Shown: positions 34,780 to 46,300 of the stretch, piece by piece
How the letters are laid out: every line of letters begins with the position of its first letter
Numbering within the stretch: position 1 is the stretch's first letter
Assembly (NCBI GenBank): GCA_030141605.1
Contig: JAQGDQ010000023.1
Location: 434,001 to 498,000, forward strand
Direction: 5' to 3'
Length of the DNA stretch: 64,000 nucleotides
DNA from: Tubiluchus corallicola
Taxonomy: Eukaryota; Animalia; Priapulida
Notes under the pieces: generated by a model
What the model was told of the DNA's origin: nothing
Seen by the model: the letters and a program-made list of their open reading frames with translations, nothing else
Databases searched by the model: none
Made by a program: the position numbers and the translations under genes

Positions 34780-35375
34780 ATTAAAATAGGTTTCTCGCAC
34801 GGAGTTCTACATCAAGTTTATGTTTAAAATTATTTACATTGTTTGCGCTTACTAATAATTGCAGTAACGAGTTCCACATTATCGCTTCAGCTTGTGGAAA
34901 ACTATGCCGATACCTTTCAGTATTGACCATATGCTTGAACAATTTAACACCGTGCCCACGTGTAATGCTTCTATTAGATGTAAAAAACTGCTTTGCATTG
35001 ATGCCAGTAAATCGCTTAAGAATCTTCAACATTTCAATAAATCTCCCCTACGTTTTCTTGCAGAAAGTCGATACAGGTCTTGTTTTTGCAGTTTTTGAGA
35101 GCATGAGAATCCTTCAAGACCTATGATCATGTCCACAGCTCGTGCTTGTACTTGTTCGGGAGCCCGGATGTCTCTTGAGATAGTAAGGATCCCATACCTG
35201 ACTGACGTATTCGAGATGAGGACGAACAAGAGTTTTGTATAGTAGGCGAATTATCTCATCTCTTCCTGAAGTTATGGTCCTACTAATTAATCCAAAGATT
35301 ATGTTACTTTTAATAATTTTCTTAGATATATAACTGCGAAAATTTAGTTGATGCATGTAGTAGGAATTCTTCAAA
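34780..35375 (-). mobile_element. CR1-group LINE 3' fragment
   Basis: LYKTLVRPHLEYVSQVWDPY, EQVQARA, RRGDL, TRGHGVKLFK and WNSL spread across three broken frames. Confidence 0.85.
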
Positions 35376-37589
35376 ACTGAGTTATTGTGAGTCTCGTAAC
35401 TCGTGTTTTATAATGTAAATAAACTCTGACCGCTCTGACTAACGTTCGATCAGGTTACTAAACTATAATTTGTCTGTGTAGTGCATCGTATGATGCGTAT
35501 TAACGTGCTGCAACAGCACTTCACAGAATTCATTACTCTAATTGAAATGTAGCTAATATAACTAACAAAGCGTCCTTTGGGAATATAAGGTTAATATGTT
35601 GTTCCCCTACAGTGGCGTAACAATGTGATAGGATATTGAAGGTCCAATATTGGTTTTTCAATCGACTTGCGTTATCCGAGTCTAACTTCGCATTGGCTAC
35701 CAATAGTCGTTATTTTCCAAAGTGTTTTTTCTTCTTTGACAAGAACGAAAATTAGCGTATTTTCATCAAGCCCAACTAAGTGAGGGATTTAAGCCTAACT
35801 TGTTATTTATTTGAATGTCTGCTGGTGAATGGTGAGGTACATCAACGCATAAAAACACCGAAAGTTGCTAGATATTTGTGATTAAAAGATTAGATTAGAT
35901 TAATTTTTTAAAAGAGCGGCAGGAAAAAGCGGTTTTTAGTTTCTCGCTTTTTTCATGTTCAAAAATATTTTCTTTGAGAAAATCGTGCTATACGGTCGGA
36001 GATTAAAATCAACTTTTTAAGATCAACAAAGAATATTGTTGATACAAAGTTATATTCTACGCTTAAGTTACTGGTTGTTTAATTTAACAGTTAAACTTAT
36101 ATTAAACTTTGTTTTAGGTATCGCGTTTCTCTTTATGACCTGTAGTTGACACATCGTGTTGCCTACTAATTAAGCTGCTACCGACGTACCCAGACCTTTG
36201 TAAAGCCCGCCTTTAATTACCAGTTGTTATTACAATGCTATGTGAATGGATCCAACTGCATAGGAATATGGATATGTCGAAATAGGATCAATCGAATGTA
36301 ATTAAAGTGGAGAATTGGCAAACCATGGGCATTTACAGCAATGTGCAATCGTTACAACATATATTTTAAAGAAACCGTGCAAATTTGGCGACAATGGAGT
36401 GCCGATTCACATCGTACACACTGTATGTATCGTACATCCTACTAATCTAGGATAATTAAGAAATAATTATTACCATTTTAAACGAATATGCTACATCAAC
36501 GTATTAAACTGCTATTATCTTCGCTGAGGGTTTTATTGGCGCGTTTGGCAGACTTCCTTTTGTGCCGAAAATAATTTATACAAACTTTTAGCTTAATCTA
36601 ATGAAGCTACTTTTGACTTTTTGCACTCTTCCCCCAACGCTTAATCTTTTACCTTACAATAAACACAGAATACACACAGTAATAAACTTTGGAGAGGCTA
36701 CTAACAGAACCAGCCCCCATTAACCCATTTGTTCATGTTCTTTATGCAAAAAAAACGTCATTATGTAACAATACAACATTATTTAAGAAAAAATGCTGCA
36801 CCATGTACCAAATCCAATCATTGTTATTATGTAACAGATTTTACGTTACTATGCAACTATATAACAAACAACGACAATGTCACGGCGAAATAGACCTTTT
36901 TATAAGTTACTCCGCAGGCGAGTAGCAAAAATGATGCATTATGTAACAGGCTAACATAGGGTTGGTCACGGTTTGTGGGTCTGGTTAGGTTTGGTTGGAT
37001 TGAGTTTTGCCATTGTCTAGGTTTGCTCTGTCTCAAGTTTATCTCACTTTCACATTTGTAAATAGCTTAATAAAAAACGTGCAAACATTGCCTTATACCA
37101 CACTACGGGACTGAAATACATTAGTATTGAATAATAATAAATGTCTGTTGTGGTTTCACACTGTACATACACCGATGGGGTAAATAATCACTGTACAGAT
37201 GGTTTAGTAGAACGTGTGAGACATTCAATACAATGACAATCAATGACATCTAACACGCAAGTAGGTTTTAAATAACATGTCGCGTATGTCGCAATGGTGT
37301 AACCACCCAGACGATGATTAATAAACCTCATTAATGGCATCAGTCAAAATGGGTGATTAATTGTTTTGAAATCTTCAGTTTCACGATGTGGGCGTGAGAT
37401 ACAATATGCTTTATAGAAATGTACCAATCTGAAGAAATTATGATACAGTGAGCACCATAAGTTTGTTTTCTAGTGCTTGTTCTAGCTCACATATAAAGCA
37501 AGGATTTCCCCCAACGAACATAACAGCAGACGAACGTGCCACGCGAGCATAGCAGCAGAGTTAGCTTGTTTAAATTTTCAGTCTGTTCT

Positions 37590-38210
37590 GTCCTTCCAAG
37601 TACCTGGGACGGATACTCAGGATTAGATGGCAGGATTGGGTGACTGACCGGGAGGTGGCGGACAGGGCACCAGTGATCGTAGTAAGTGACGATCTTAGAA
37701 GATGGATTGCTGCTGAGGGAAAGTGCAGACGAGTGTGAGACGGCGATTGGGTGGACACCGGGCCTCACAAGAGAAAGTGGGGAGGGGAAAAATATGAAGA
37801 AGAAAAGCGGTAGGTTGAGAAAGACAGAGTGGAGGACTTGGAAAGAAGTCAAAGCAGTGGCAAAGCAGACTGAGAAGTATAGAGTGGAGGACTTGGAAAG
37901 AAGTCAAAGCAGTGGCAAAGCAGACTGAGAAGTATAGAGTGGAGGACTTGGAAAGAAGTCAAAGCAGTGGCAAAGCAGACTGAGAAGTATACGGTGGAGG
38001 ACTTGGAAAGAAGTCAAAGCAGTGGCAAATCAGACTAAGTATAGAGTGGAGGACTTGGAAAGAAGTCAAAGCAGTGGCAAAGCAGACTGAGAAGTATAGG
38101 GTGGAGGACCTGGAAAGAAGTAAAAATGGTGGCAAAAGGCAAGATAGTTTGGAAGGGGAATAGGTATCTTAGCTTTATGCGCATCCTGGCGTGGAGAGAA
38201 CAAAGTGTAA
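37590..38210 (+). mobile_element. RTE-clade LINE 3' fragment
   Basis: YLGRILRIRWQDWVTDREV, AIGWTPG..KKSGRLRKT and TWKEVKMVAKGKIVW..ALCASWRGE follow the RTE ORF C-terminus pattern. Confidence 0.75.
37827..38120 (+). repeat. 55-bp minisatellite, about 5.4 copies
   Basis: Unit GAGTGGAGGACTTGGAAAGAAGTCAAAGCAGTGGCAAAGCAGACTGAGAAGTATA starts at 37827, 37882, 37937, 37992, 38044 and 38099. Confidence 0.95.
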
Positions 38211-38484
38211 AGGAGCAAGTTTTTTCTTCCTCGAATGTGGAGCTTACCGAGTAATATACCATTCATATACATGTCGTGCATTTGTGAATTTGTATTTATA
38301 TAATTCCTTGCATGATCAATAAAGTCATCTTTGACTAAATCATGTTTTATAATCAATTTACAATACTTTATAAATTACTATGAGCTAGACCTATCAAGTC
38401 ACTTGATATGCAAAAAATATATTCAAACCTGCGTTAACATGAGGGCAGTCGGATTTTGAACTGAAAAGATACCAGCTATAGTTG

Positions 38485-39579
38485 TTATAGTTCAGCTTCT
38501 TGTCCATTATCGAAAGTCACGTGACTTACTCGAACTGGCTTCGAAAGTGCTTTCACAGAAGCAACGCGGTGGCGTCTGGAAAACAGACATTTCTGCCAAA
38601 GAACCTTCCTATAAAGTGGTGTCATGATAAAATAAATAAAGATATTAGCTGAGGTGTTACAACCAAAAGCTAATGGAACTGTCCAGAGCACTACAAGACT
38701 GAATTCAATGTCAGTGGTTGCCTGTAAGATTATGTTGATAGCAGCATAGCCATTGGTCAGAAAAAACACAGTTAGCAAAGCTAGCAGCATCCGGATTACC
38801 TTTTGCTCGTCTTTTGCTTTCCTCCCTTGCGCACCTAGGACGTAATTCTGGCTTCTTTCGCCTGACTGGGTGTCTCGAATTTTGTGTAAATTCTTCATCT
38901 TTACTACAGAGATGACAGTCGCAAGAAGCGCAAAACCGATAGGTATGAAACGTCCGAACGTCTGTCGTATGGGCTCTAGAACGGTCAATTCCGATTCAAA
39001 TCGCTGACCAAACACATGAATCCACATGGCAACCTCCTGTACAGAAAGCATTAAAGTACAAGCCAGAATGGACTTAACGGCAAAAGCAGAACTCGCGTAG
39101 CTGTTACTGTACTTTATTGGTTTAACAATAGCCAAACACCGAACCACAGATATAAGACCAGTTATCCACGTTGCGGTGTAAGTAGCCATGTCACCGATTA
39201 AACCTAAGCACTTGAGGGCTTTCTGATTGCATTGCTTAGGTCCATACGTTGCCACCGTCAGTTCCACAAAGTAGACGCCTCCTTGGGTTCCCTCGGATAC
39301 AGCAAGACCCAAAAGGAAAGTGTTGAAAGCAGAACATGGCATCTTTGTAGAGGAGAATACTAGAATGTTGATGATGTTTCCAGTGAAGGTGAGTAGACTG
39401 AGAAAACCGTACATACCTCCCCACATCACGTCCTTTGTTGTCCAGTTGCCGTCTTGGACTGTGCCGTGACAATTTGCGTACAAAGTAACAATGGAGAGGT
39501 GATGATGATCGTGATGACGGTGAATGTTATCAGTGGGAAGTGAACTGATGTCACTGTCGTTGCCTAATCTAATGTCCAT
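38485..39579 (-). CDS. Intronless class A (rhodopsin-like) GPCR, divergent orphan, 364 aa
   Basis: Seven hydrophobic segments. TM1 GN, TM2 LAVSE, TM3 SVVRCLAIVKP, TM5 FIP, TM7 NTSANIFIY, helix 8 YRKVL. N-glycosylation sequon NWT in the N-terminus. Confidence 0.9.
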   Translation of the reverse strand: MDIRLGNDSDISSLPTDNIHRHHDHHHLSIVTLYANCHGTVQDGNWTTKDVMWGGMYGFLSLLTFTGNIINILVFSSTKMPCSAFNTFLLGLAVSEGTQGGVYFVELTVATYGPKQCNQKALKCLGLIGDMATYTATWITGLISVVRCLAIVKPIKYSNSYASSAFAVKSILACTLMLSVQEVAMWIHVFGQRFESELTVLEPIRQTFGRFIPIGFALLATVISVVKMKNLHKIRDTQSGERSQNYVLGAQGRKAKDEQKVIRMLLALLTVFFLTNGYAAINIILQATTDIEFSLVVLWTVPLAFGCNTSANIFIYFIMTPLYRKVLWQKCLFSRRHRVASVKALSKPVRVSHVTFDNGQEAEL

Positions 39580-41051
39580 GCTTCATGAAAATTGCCTAAT
39601 TGATACAGAAAGGCTGTTTCCTGTGCTGCTCAAATTGATTTAATCTAAAACGGTCACTTTTATCGCAATTCGTTTTTAACAAACCACATTTAAGTGAAAG
39701 AACATTTCTGCAGTTCTTTAACCAGTTTGTGCAGAGTTCCAAAGAACACTACTTAAGTTTCTTTTGTTTCAAGCCTACTTGATCACACTTAGCAATACCA
39801 GATTCAAACAAATTCATGAAAAGCACCAAATTAGTGATATTTGCAAAGAATTCAAGGTTTGCGAACTGACAGGCAAGTTCAGCATTACAGATATTTTAAG
39901 TAAATCTTCTTTATTTCATACTTTACCATTTCGTAGAATCACTAAATTTTGGTCGAAATAGCCGTATCAAAAAGGCATTTTGTTTTATCGCAGAATCTAA
40001 TTAAAAGCGCAAAAGTTCTTGTTGCACTGACAAACGAGCTTTCTAAAAATAGTTTGTAGTAAGTAGGCCCATTCAAAGAAAGTTTAAGTTTCCGTTGGCA
40101 TATACAGCCAGCTGAAAAATTGACAAAATTAATTTCACTTTCCCAATAGCAAGCTTAAACTACTTCAAAATTTCGGTTCACACACATATTCAGCTCCAAA
40201 TGACGCTAGCTTTCTGCTCATTGTTATAATAATGCTGCAATTGTGCCCGCTTGAGAAAGAGAAGGTACACACTCATCAAATCGTCATTTCCGCGCATGCG
40301 ATCTTACTAGTGGCTTCAGTTATTACAGTCAGGAGATAGAAATTGCTTTGACAAGTTTGTCTCTCGAGGACGTTGTAATTGGCTTCATGTATAACGAAGC
40401 CACGTTACGTGCTCTCTTACCTGTGCTAATCTGTTTTTAACTGTCACTCGCGGAAAACCCCAGAGTGAAGTTCTAAAAAAGCTAATTAGCCACGTTTGGC
40501 TGCTTTCAAGGACAGGTGTAAGTTACAGCCAAATTACTGCCTGCTATTTAAAACAAAAACCTTTCTGTTATTTACAGATCGGAGTAACATTTTAAAAGAG
40601 TCAGCTTTCAACATATCTGTCTGTCTGCCCGTTCATATGTTTATCTGCACCTTCCGCTTACTTGCCTCTGTATCTGTTCATTTAGTTATTTAGTTGCCAG
40701 TTCATTTGGCGGTGTGTGTCTGTGTACCTGTTTGTTCATTCGTCCGTTTCTCCCGTTGCCTCTCCGTCCGCCAGTTATTGGCCTTGTGCACAAGTTTTAA
40801 GCCAAACTATTTGACGTCTCTTTCTTGTGTACCGCTCTTCAACAGAGGAAGAATCCTATCGACTCTCAAGGTCAAAAGAGAGTCACAGGACACAATACTT
40901 GAGAGATCCTATGACTACGTTGCGAAAGGATGCTCCAGGCACTTTGCAGTGGTCTGTTTATCTTTTATTTCATATTAATGCAAACAGTAATGCTTACACG
41001 AGGGGAGGAGAGGAGAAAAAGTGAGGGGAGGGAAACGGAGCAAAGAGGAAA

Positions 41052-41154
<103 letters not shown>

Positions 41155-41822
41155 CACACAGAGAGAAAGGAGAGTGGTTGAGGAAAAATAGAGAGATTAA
41201 TCACCATGATTAGCACTACTGTCTCAGCCGTCAACATCATTGTCGTCAATCCCGTTGTTGTTACTGTCATCATAGTCGTCGTCGTCATCATCATCATCGT
41301 CATCATCATCATCATCATCCTCTTTATTTTCGTTAACATTGCTATAGACAAAATTGGGCGCAACAATTATTATAGGTTAGGCCAATGGTTTGTGTGGTCA
41401 ACAGTACCCTTATTAAAAGTAGATATCGAATTTACAGTATTTCAAAAATATCGATTAACCATGACAAGGAATTTTCAAATGGAAAACTATTACTCACAAC
41501 ACTATTCATCTAGTTACCACGACTTCAAAGATATCCTAAAATTTAAGTAATCACGCAGCCTGCCAACCAAGTAATAAACCCGCCAGCAACTAATTAGTCA
41601 ATACTCAATAATTTGCTTGTTCAGCCAATCAGTTGACTAGGATACTACGTTGAAAAGGTCTGGTATAAACCTAAAAAGCAAATAAAGAAAGGGAAGCTGT
41701 TTGGTGACGAAAAATTGTAATAGCCAAGTTAAAAGCTTTCACAATTTGTCCATTTTTCGTTGTTTTCATAGCTTTTGTAAAAGGCAAAACAACAAAAACC
41801 GTTAAAACGTGCAATGAAGACA

Positions 41823-42065
41823 AAAATTAATTTTCAGAGCAAACAGGTGTACCTGGACAAATTAAAGAAAACAATACTTGCGCTATTACCTGTAATGGAA
41901 CACGATATCTGTTCAAGGCTGTGCCTAAAAAGAAATGAGTCGGCAGAAATTAATTTTCAGAGCAAACAGGTGTGCCTGGACAAATTAAAGAAAACAATAC
42001 TTGCATTGTAACGGAACACGATATCGGTTCAAGGCTGCGCCTAAAAAAAGGATTCGACAAAAATT
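41823..42065 (+). repeat. Tandem duplication, about 124 bp x 2
   Basis: aaattaattttcagagcaaacaggtg...ggaacacgatatc.gttcaaggctg.gcctaaaaa occurs at ~41823 and ~41947. Confidence 0.85.
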
Positions 42066-43329
42066 GAAATACATTTAGTTGCATTCAGTAGGTTTTCAAA
42101 TCAAAGATTTGTTCTTGTTTCAAGTTTCCTGCCAACGAATCATGAATTGATTCACACATGTGTATTAGCTCATCTAAAATAGTGAAAAATTCATCGTAAA
42201 ATTCGTCACTACCTGCTGTGTGAGTGATTTTTTTATTGTTTTCTTAGCCCGTCAAATGCCAACTATATAAATAATATTTTTTCACAATAGAATCATATTA
42301 CCAATAACGTAACCTTCACCTACATTCATTGGTCAGTTAACCAGTAAGATTTTACTAATGTTCTTGCTACCTTCTTTTAGAAAAAGAACGAGGTATTGTA
42401 ACTTTTGGCTCCCCTTGGATTCAATTAGGCAAGTAGTTAGATATCGCCCACCTTGGGATTAGTGCACCAAATATAGACCTATCATTATATCAGAAATTAA
42501 CTAGTAACTAGATTCAGATTACTAGTTTATCAGTGAAAAACGCCGCTCAATATACAAAAGACCACTGAAATTATTGCTATCTGCGAAAGAAGACCGCTAT
42601 TCTATACTTTGACAATTAATAACAAAAGTCAATAAGGCATCTGTTGAATGCTACTTTTAATTGTACTATGAGACTCCGATACCCGGCTCCTATCGGCACT
42701 TCATTAACAGTGGGGTTAACACTAGTTTTTAGAGGATTTTTCAAAGGTTGTCTGTAAATGTACTTGCACGCACCAAAGAGTTCGCGGTATAGACTGTATA
42801 GTTTGTATAAACAAAGTAGTTGAGAACCTCTATCCTTCTGTACGCGCCCCGATTTTGACAAAAACAGGTCTTGCCGGTGTCAAAAGTTCATACTGAAGTC
42901 TTAATTTTAGAGGATCGCATTAAACAACTTAAAATAAATGATAACTATTGAAAATAAGGCAAGACGTTAAAAACTAACACCTTTTGTCCAATTTTACATA
43001 TGAATAAAAATGAAGCCACTTATCGGATTTATAAAGGAAAGCGCGATGACACCAGACAAAAAGCGTTCTTGATAAATGTTGAAGAACTATCAACAACGTT
43101 AACACAAAAGTTTAGAGTTTTAGCTATCTGAAAAGAACCCTCTGCGCGTAAGAGTTTTTTAAACAAACAAGCAGCCATGTGGCCTACTAGTCAGCCAACA
43201 AATTTACCAACACCACGTAATTCCACTAAACTTCCACACACCAGTCAAACTACTTTTCCAATCAGCCAACTAACTAAACGACCAACTCACCGATCGAGTA
43301 GTTTATATGCTCTTGGATTGCCATGCCTA

Positions 43330-44470
43330 ATAAACTACGACTGGGCTCTGAATGCTAATACCAAAAAGACAGAAATTATTGTTTTTACCAAAGCAGCCAG
43401 AATTCTAAAAGATCTAAATTTCACCCATGGATTCTTTGGTCAACTTCTTAATGTCTAGCGCTTTCAGGTAAAGTAGTATCATACTAAAAGGTAAAGGATT
43501 AAAAGCTTTTACTGTGTGAAAAAATACATTTCAAACTGCGCAAACCCCTTTATTACTGTTATTAACTTATTATATAACTACAATACGCTGTAGAACCTAT
43601 CACGTTATACGGCATTTATGTATGGGGGCCTAGCCTTATTAAAATTAAAACCAATCATCGGCGCATTCAAACGAAATTTGACTGTTTGCATATACAGGCG
43701 GCCAGCGCTAAATTATACAGACTACTTCTGAATGACAACAAGTAATGTTTTGGTATTGGTCCGTTTTCCGATTTTTATTAAGATAACTAAGGATACAGTC
43801 CGCTATTGGATACATATTATTAGCCAACCTTGCGATAGTCATGTATGGCAAGTGTTACAATGAAAACCGAGGCTTAGCCGAGAACTATTTTTGATTGACT
43901 ACTTTTGTTAAGTATTATTACGTGTACGGAGCTTTGAACATGTTTAGACAATGTTTTCACCTAAGCGACTGCTTAATAAATTGGAAGAAAAGAATAAAAG
44001 CTGATTATAGCCTATTTTGGAAAGAAGAAATCTATAACGAATACAAACCTGATAGACAAAACAAACAGCAGACATACCGAACCTTCTAAAGACACTAACA
44101 ACTAGAAAATTATTTGATTTCTGGTGATTCCAAATACGTTATAACAAAATTGACAAAACTGAGAATCAGCTCGCATATAGTTTGTGTATTGAAAGAGGAA
44201 AATACGTTAAACCTTAGTCATAAGAGGAAATACGTCTAAATCCCTGCTGAGAATCGTATTTATTCACACTGTTTAAGAAATGAAACTGAAGACGAACTAC
44301 ACTTTGTAAAATGCCCATATTACAATGATCTCAAAAGAAAAATTATTTAATCAGTCAATGCAGTTATACCAAAATTTTTACTTGTGAACGATCCTAAATA
44401 AAGTTTATTCTTGACGGGAAGCAGTGATTTACAAGTAATTAAGGCATTTATTGATTACTGGAAAAGCGTT
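43330..44470 (+). mobile_element. Degenerate non-LTR retrotransposon 3' region (RTE-X/Proto2-like, clade uncertain)
   Basis: WALNANTKKTEIIVF, LTKLRISSH, IERGKY and a C-terminal CCHC-like segment (HC..ETEDELHFV.CPYY) in broken frames. Confidence 0.7.
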
Positions 44471-45989
44471 TTTAAGACATAATGAACAAAAATACTATGT
44501 GACAATCATATGATTGAAAATGAGGTCATGTGAGCAACATAATTTATTTTAAACACTAATCACTAAACTTTTAATTTAAGTGACTACAGCAACTAACAAG
44601 AACGATCTTGTAATAATTTGTTTTATAAATACTGTATTTGTTTGTTTGTAGTGTCGCCACACAATTAATTGAAATTGAATGTATGTCTTGTTTCTTATTT
44701 TGTATTTATTTTTGGCACTAATTAATAAATATAAATCAGCGTGTGTATTTATAGCATATATATTTATATATGCTACTAATGCCTTGCTGGTTGATAAACT
44801 GAAAGATGAATTAACTAACGAAAGTTTTGGTGATTGCAAAACGCTTGGCGCGTCTGCTGCAGTGCAGTGCTGACACCTGGCGGAGGCGAAATCTGTAAAG
44901 CGAATTTCCGCAAAATAATTATTCTTTCAAAAAGGCCTACACCTCGGAGAATATGCTGGTAGGCTCCTGTTGATGAATTACACAGCATTTAGCTGTACTG
45001 CAATAACAGGGAGAACAATAATTTAACGCTGGTCTTAGAAATGCAATGAAATGATCACGATGATGGTTTTCATGATGACGTTGACAACGAATCTTAGCGA
45101 TCGAACGATGAAAACCATGGCGGTGATAATAATGATAACGACTTTGTAAATTTTTGATATCTATTCGATTGCACAATTAACCACAACCATCAGAAGGCAC
45201 TGTTTGTTTGTTAAAAAAAGAAAATTGTTGATATTATAGGTTTAGCCGCTTTCTAAACCCTCATGATGTTTAACAAGCTAAGCTTAACTAATTCACAATA
45301 AGGTCTAGATAAGTACTCGCCCAAATTTCAAGCGTCAGTGATTTTCACATCGAAATGACCGGCATTATTTGTTACCTGGATGAACTTCGCCTACAGAGTG
45401 TGGGAGGCATCATGACTGCATGACATTGTCGTGACACCTTTAGGGCTTGTTTCTAAAACACCCTCTGATATGGATATTGTGTTACATGACCTGCGGCCAA
45501 ACGTGAGCAAAAAACTCAGCACAGTTTCGGCAATGATCCTGTCATTATTGGGACGTTAATAATTTGACATTTCCTGGGTGTGCAGGTGCTTTTTGGTCTT
45601 TTCTACGAGGTCTAATTAAATTTTGTTCACTGTTCATCAAAGCTTATATTACGCGCACAGTGTTGAATAATTGACTATTAGTTATTTAATGTCAAGACTA
45701 TTATTAATGGTTATGTAAACCTATAATTGTTACTAAATTTTGAAATTAAACTTCAAAAAGGAGAAATGAGAAAAAGTTGGTTTCATGCTGGATTTGAATC
45801 AACGACTTTCTGCTTACAAGGAAGACATCATAAACTTCTAGACTACAGCGTCCTCGCGGTTTATGACAGTCCAAAGGTCATTCTTTCCAAGGTCCAAATA
45901 GTATTCCTTGTTTTGAAATTTTCTGTCTTTCATGTGTTTCTACCATCGCATGACTGTATGTCTTCAAGTAATTTACTTTAGTAAATTTT

Positions 45990-46300
45990 AATATTACTCG
46001 AACTGGCAAAATTATAATCACCAGAGGAGGCTTCAAAACAATATCAAAAATAAGCTTCCACTCCTCCCGGAGCTAACATTAAATCCAAGAACACAATATT
46101 AAAGAAACACGCATTAATAACAAATACGGCAACATTTACATCACCAAACAAGGAGTTCAACTCTGGAATGCCCTGACATCAAATTTAAAACAAATCAAGT
46201 CTTTTGACGAATTCAAATCAAAATTAAAAATGCATACATTAAATCGTTTGAAAACCCTACATATGCTAATGCTAATATATATATATATATATATATATAT
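45990..46300 (+). mobile_element. Short L2/CR1-type LINE 3' end
   Basis: GVQLWNAL..LKQIKSFDEFKSKLK followed by (TA)n. Confidence 0.55.

Noticed and set aside
37827-38120. CRISPR-like appearance of the 55-bp array
   Set aside because: Units are head-to-tail with no unique spacers, there are no cas genes, and the context is a eukaryotic LINE remnant.
45775-45857. tRNA-like sequence on the minus strand
   Set aside because: A- and B-box-like traces exist but the stems do not pair well. At most a decayed tRNA-derived SINE head, not a tRNA gene.
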